Source of the DNA: a virus
Taxonomy: Duplodnaviria; Caudoviricetes
Reading direction: 5' to 3' (one strand)
IMG/VR virus record: IMGVR_UViG_3300044504_000062
Coordinates: 1 to 37,190 of that record
Length of the DNA: 37,190 nt
Position 1 is the first letter of the stretch, and each line of letters begins with the position of its first letter. Positions 34,860-37,190 of this stretch are shown one piece after another. The notes beneath the pieces were generated by a model. The model saw only the letters and a program-made list of their open reading frames with translations, had not been told where the DNA came from and ran no database searches. The position numbers and the translations under genes are program-made.

Positions 34860-35908
34860 TCAGCCTAATCAAGCACGGCGTAATGGATGACAAGCGTTAC
34901 GCCGAGCTTTTCCCGAACTCGACATATTCCACCTACTCCGCGACTCCGCTGTTTGGCGAGTATGCACAGACCTGGCTCGACAGCCGGGAGGTAGTTGGGG
35001 GAACTCGCAAAAACTACCGAATCTCCCTCAACCTTTACTGGATGCCGCATCTTGCGCCGCTTCCGATTGACCAGATCACATCGGCAATGCTTCGGAAAAT
35101 AGCCGGAGAGACGCCGTGGAAGTCGTCGACGGTAAAGCGCTCGGCGATCCAGCGCCTGCACACGATGTTCGAGTGCGCAGTGAACGATGAGCTGATCACC
35201 AGGAACCCGGTCGGCTCAATTGAGCTGCCGGTGAAGGCAAAGAAACCGGTTGACCCTTTCACGGTAGCGGAGGCGGATTTGATCATCGGGCACCTGTACG
35301 AAGTGCTGACCGGTTCAATGCGGGTATACGCGGCCTATTTTGAGTTCGCCTTTTACACCGGTATGCGGCCCGGGGAAATAGCGGCGTTGCGCTGGGATGA
35401 GGTGGATACAGATGGGCGTGTCGCCAACGTTTGTAGAATCGTGGCTGACTACAAGATCGAGGAGCGCACGAAAACACGCGAGACGCGACGAGTCATGCTG
35501 AACAGCAGGGCATTGAATGCCGTTGAGGAGGCCAAGGGCGTGGCCGAGTTGAGGGCGAAACAGAGTCGGCGCCAGCATAAACAATCGCCGTACGTATTCC
35601 CGCCGACCAAGAACTTCGAGTTCATTCAGCAGGCCAGCGTGACCGACAAGCACTTCAAGGCGGCGCTCGTCGCGCTGAAGATCAGGGCCCGACGACAATA
35701 CAACTGCCGGCACACTTACGCTACCATGTGCCTCATGGCAGGCATGAACCTCGGGTTCATTGCGAATCAGCTTGGTCACAGCGTGCAAATGCTGCTGACG
35801 ACTTACGCCCGATGGATCAATTCCAGTGAAGACTGGAGTGAGGTCGGGAAGCTGGAGCAAAGCCTGATTGGTACAAAATTGGTACAGACAGAAACCGTAC
35901 CCCTCTAG
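34703..35908 (+). CDS. int: Prophage integrase (tyrosine recombinase)
   Basis: Arm-binding N-terminus (SVRIRF.W...RCETL), TGMRPGE, TK, YNCRHT, LGH, TTY; at prophage boundary. Confidence 0.95.
   Translation: MARKPLGLPAGVEFAGQSVRIRFTWKFRRCETLAYPQTPKGIKAAADLRATVISLIKHGVMDDKRYAELFPNSTYSTYSATPLFGEYAQTWLDSREVVGGTRKNYRISLNLYWMPHLAPLPIDQITSAMLRKIAGETPWKSSTVKRSAIQRLHTMFECAVNDELITRNPVGSIELPVKAKKPVDPFTVAEADLIIGHLYEVLTGSMRVYAAYFEFAFYTGMRPGEIAALRWDEVDTDGRVANVCRIVADYKIEERTKTRETRRVMLNSRALNAVEEAKGVAELRAKQSRRQHKQSPYVFPPTKNFEFIQQASVTDKHFKAALVALKIRARRQYNCRHTYATMCLMAGMNLGFIANQLGHSVQMLLTTYARWINSSEDWSEVGKLEQSLIGTKLVQTETVPL
35868..35886 (+). repeat. TTGGTACA direct repeat, probable integrase arm-type sites near att
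   Basis: Copies at 35868 and 35879 (11-bp period). Confidence 0.6.
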
Positions 35909-35930
35909 AACCCATACGGAATAACGCTCT

Positions 35931-36476
35931 GTGACATTGGAACAGAATTACACCGCGATCCTCGGCCAACTCGGCGAGGACGTTACCCGCGAGGGCCTGC
36001 TCGACACGCCAAAGCGTGCCGCCAAGGCGATGCAGTACCTTTGCCGCGGCTATGAACAGACACTGGAAGAAGTCACCAACGGTGCCTTGTTCAGCTCCGA
36101 CAACAGCGAAATGGTGCTGGTCAAGGACATCGAGCTGTATTCGTTGTGCGAACACCACCTGCTGCCGTTCATCGGCAAGGCTCACGTCGCGTATATCCCC
36201 AGCGGCAAAGTGCTGGGCCTGTCGAAAGTCGCGCGGATCGTCGACATGTATGCGCGCCGCCTGCAGATCCAGGAAAACCTCAGCCGCCAGATCGCCGATG
36301 CCGTGATGCAGGTCACCGGTGCCCTGGGCGTGGCCGTGGTGATCGAAGCCAAGCACATGTGCATGATGATGCGCGGCGTGGAGAAACAGAATTCGTCGAT
36401 GATCACTTCGGTGATGCTGGGTGAGTTCCGCGAAAATGCGGCGACCCGCAGCGAATTCCTCAGTCTGATCAAGTAA
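35931..36476 (+). CDS. folE: GTP cyclohydrolase I
   Basis: [39 protein letters not shown]. Confidence 0.97.
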   Translation: MTLEQNYTAILGQLGEDVTREGLLDTPKRAAKAMQYLCRGYEQTLEEVTNGALFSSDNSEMVLVKDIELYSLCEHHLLPFIGKAHVAYIPSGKVLGLSKVARIVDMYARRLQIQENLSRQIADAVMQVTGALGVAVVIEAKHMCMMMRGVEKQNSSMITSVMLGEFRENAATRSEFLSLIK

Positions 36477-36494
36477 CCGACTGAGTAGGAAAAG

Positions 36495-36520
36495 ACCGGC
36501 GTTCATCGCCGGTTTTTTTC
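36495..36520 (+). terminator. folE terminator
   Basis: ACCGGCG-ttcat-CGCCGGT + T-run. Confidence 0.85.
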
Positions 36521-36589
36521 GTCCGCAGAAATCAACGGAGCAATCAGGTAAGCTGCCGCCCCTTCTGTCATGGGCAAGAGGTTTCAGCC

Positions 36590-36961
36590 ATGTTCGTCAA
36601 AGCACTTCGAGTGGGCCTTGGCCACGTCATCATCGCGGGCGACTTCCTTACCCGCCCACGCAAAAAGCAGCGCCCTGCCGAACAACAGGCACAGGTGAAC
36701 GCCGCGGCCAAGGACCTGACCCTGTATCAGTTCCACGCCTGCCCGTTCTGCGTGAAGACCCGCCGCACCTTGCACCGCCTGAATGTGCCGGTGGCCTTGA
36801 AGGACGCGAAGAACAATCCGCAGGACCGCCAGACCCTGCTGGAGCAAGGCGGCAAGATCAAGGTGCCGTGCCTGCGCATCGAAGAGAACGGCCAGACCAC
36901 CTGGATGTATGACTCCAAAGTGATCATTGATTACCTGGACAAGCGCTTCGCCGCCGCCTGA
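36590..36961 (+). CDS. Glutaredoxin-like / GST N-terminal domain protein
   Basis: CPFC motif, GG.IKVPCL. Confidence 0.9.
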   Translation: MFVKALRVGLGHVIIAGDFLTRPRKKQRPAEQQAQVNAAAKDLTLYQFHACPFCVKTRRTLHRLNVPVALKDAKNNPQDRQTLLEQGGKIKVPCLRIEENGQTTWMYDSKVIIDYLDKRFAAA

Positions 36962-36978
36962 AAAACGCCCTCTCCCCT

Positions 36979-37075
36979 GTAGGAGCGAGCGTGCTCGCGA
37001 AAAACCTGAGAACGCCGCTGGGTGTCAGGTTCCCCTCGTTATGGTTGACGATTTTCGCGAGCTAGCTCGCTCCTA
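36979..37075. repeat. REP doublet (REPIN), GTAG family
   Basis: GTAGGAGCGAGCGTGCTCGCGA and inverted TCGCGAGCTAGCTCGCTCCTA. Confidence 0.85.
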
Positions 37076-37190
37076 TGTATGGACTCGCCCCCACATTCAA
37101 CCCGCTTTTCAAACATTGTTACCCGGTTGCATCTATGTATCAGGCCTATTCAAGGAAGCCCAAACAGCTTCTGGCCAACATTGGATCAGC

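Larger units (their letters stand above)
1..35930. mobile_element. Lambda/HK97-like temperate prophage (left end lies beyond the window), integrated at the 5' end of folE
   Basis: Canonical lambdoid gene order tail-head-packaging-Q-replication-cII/cro/cI-early genes-xis/int, followed immediately by host housekeeping genes. Confidence 0.96.

Noticed and set aside
1-37190. CRISPR arrays, tRNA/rRNA genes, IS elements, reverse transcriptase/DGR
   Set aside because: No repeat-spacer array, cloverleaf, transposase or RT motifs seen by eye

Overview
About 35.9 kb of this window is the right-hand part of an apparently intact lambda/HK97-type temperate prophage (siphovirus) in a Pseudomonas chromosome. 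Host assignment rests on gene content and a GTAG-type REP doublet. On the minus strand, left to right: tail tip J (truncated at the edge), I, two AT-rich lipoprotein genes, K, L, M, tape measure, G/GT chaperones with a -1 frameshift, tail tube, head-tail joining genes, HK97-fold capsid, protease, portal, terminase, HNH, holin, Q, a second tyrosine recombinase, DnaB helicase, O-like initiator with iterons, cII and cro. The immunity region (cI with six CAAGCNNNCTTK operators and a LexA-boxed DUF1654-like gene) is followed by a plus-strand early operon. That operon has boxA, a ~570 nt highly structured leader, TerB-like protein, several hypotheticals, a poly-G frameshifted gene, a C5 DNA methyltransferase, a NinX-like gene, xis and int. 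The integrase abuts host folE, which appears to be the integration target. A glutaredoxin-like gene and a REPIN follow. Most notable: the structured pL leader with no N gene, the second recombinase in the nin region, the LexA-controlled gene beside a cI with a Met-Gly cleavage motif, the G10 tract, a stereotyped hairpin+SD linker before early genes, and several unannotated microproteins. All family assignments come from motif recognition and synteny, not database searches.
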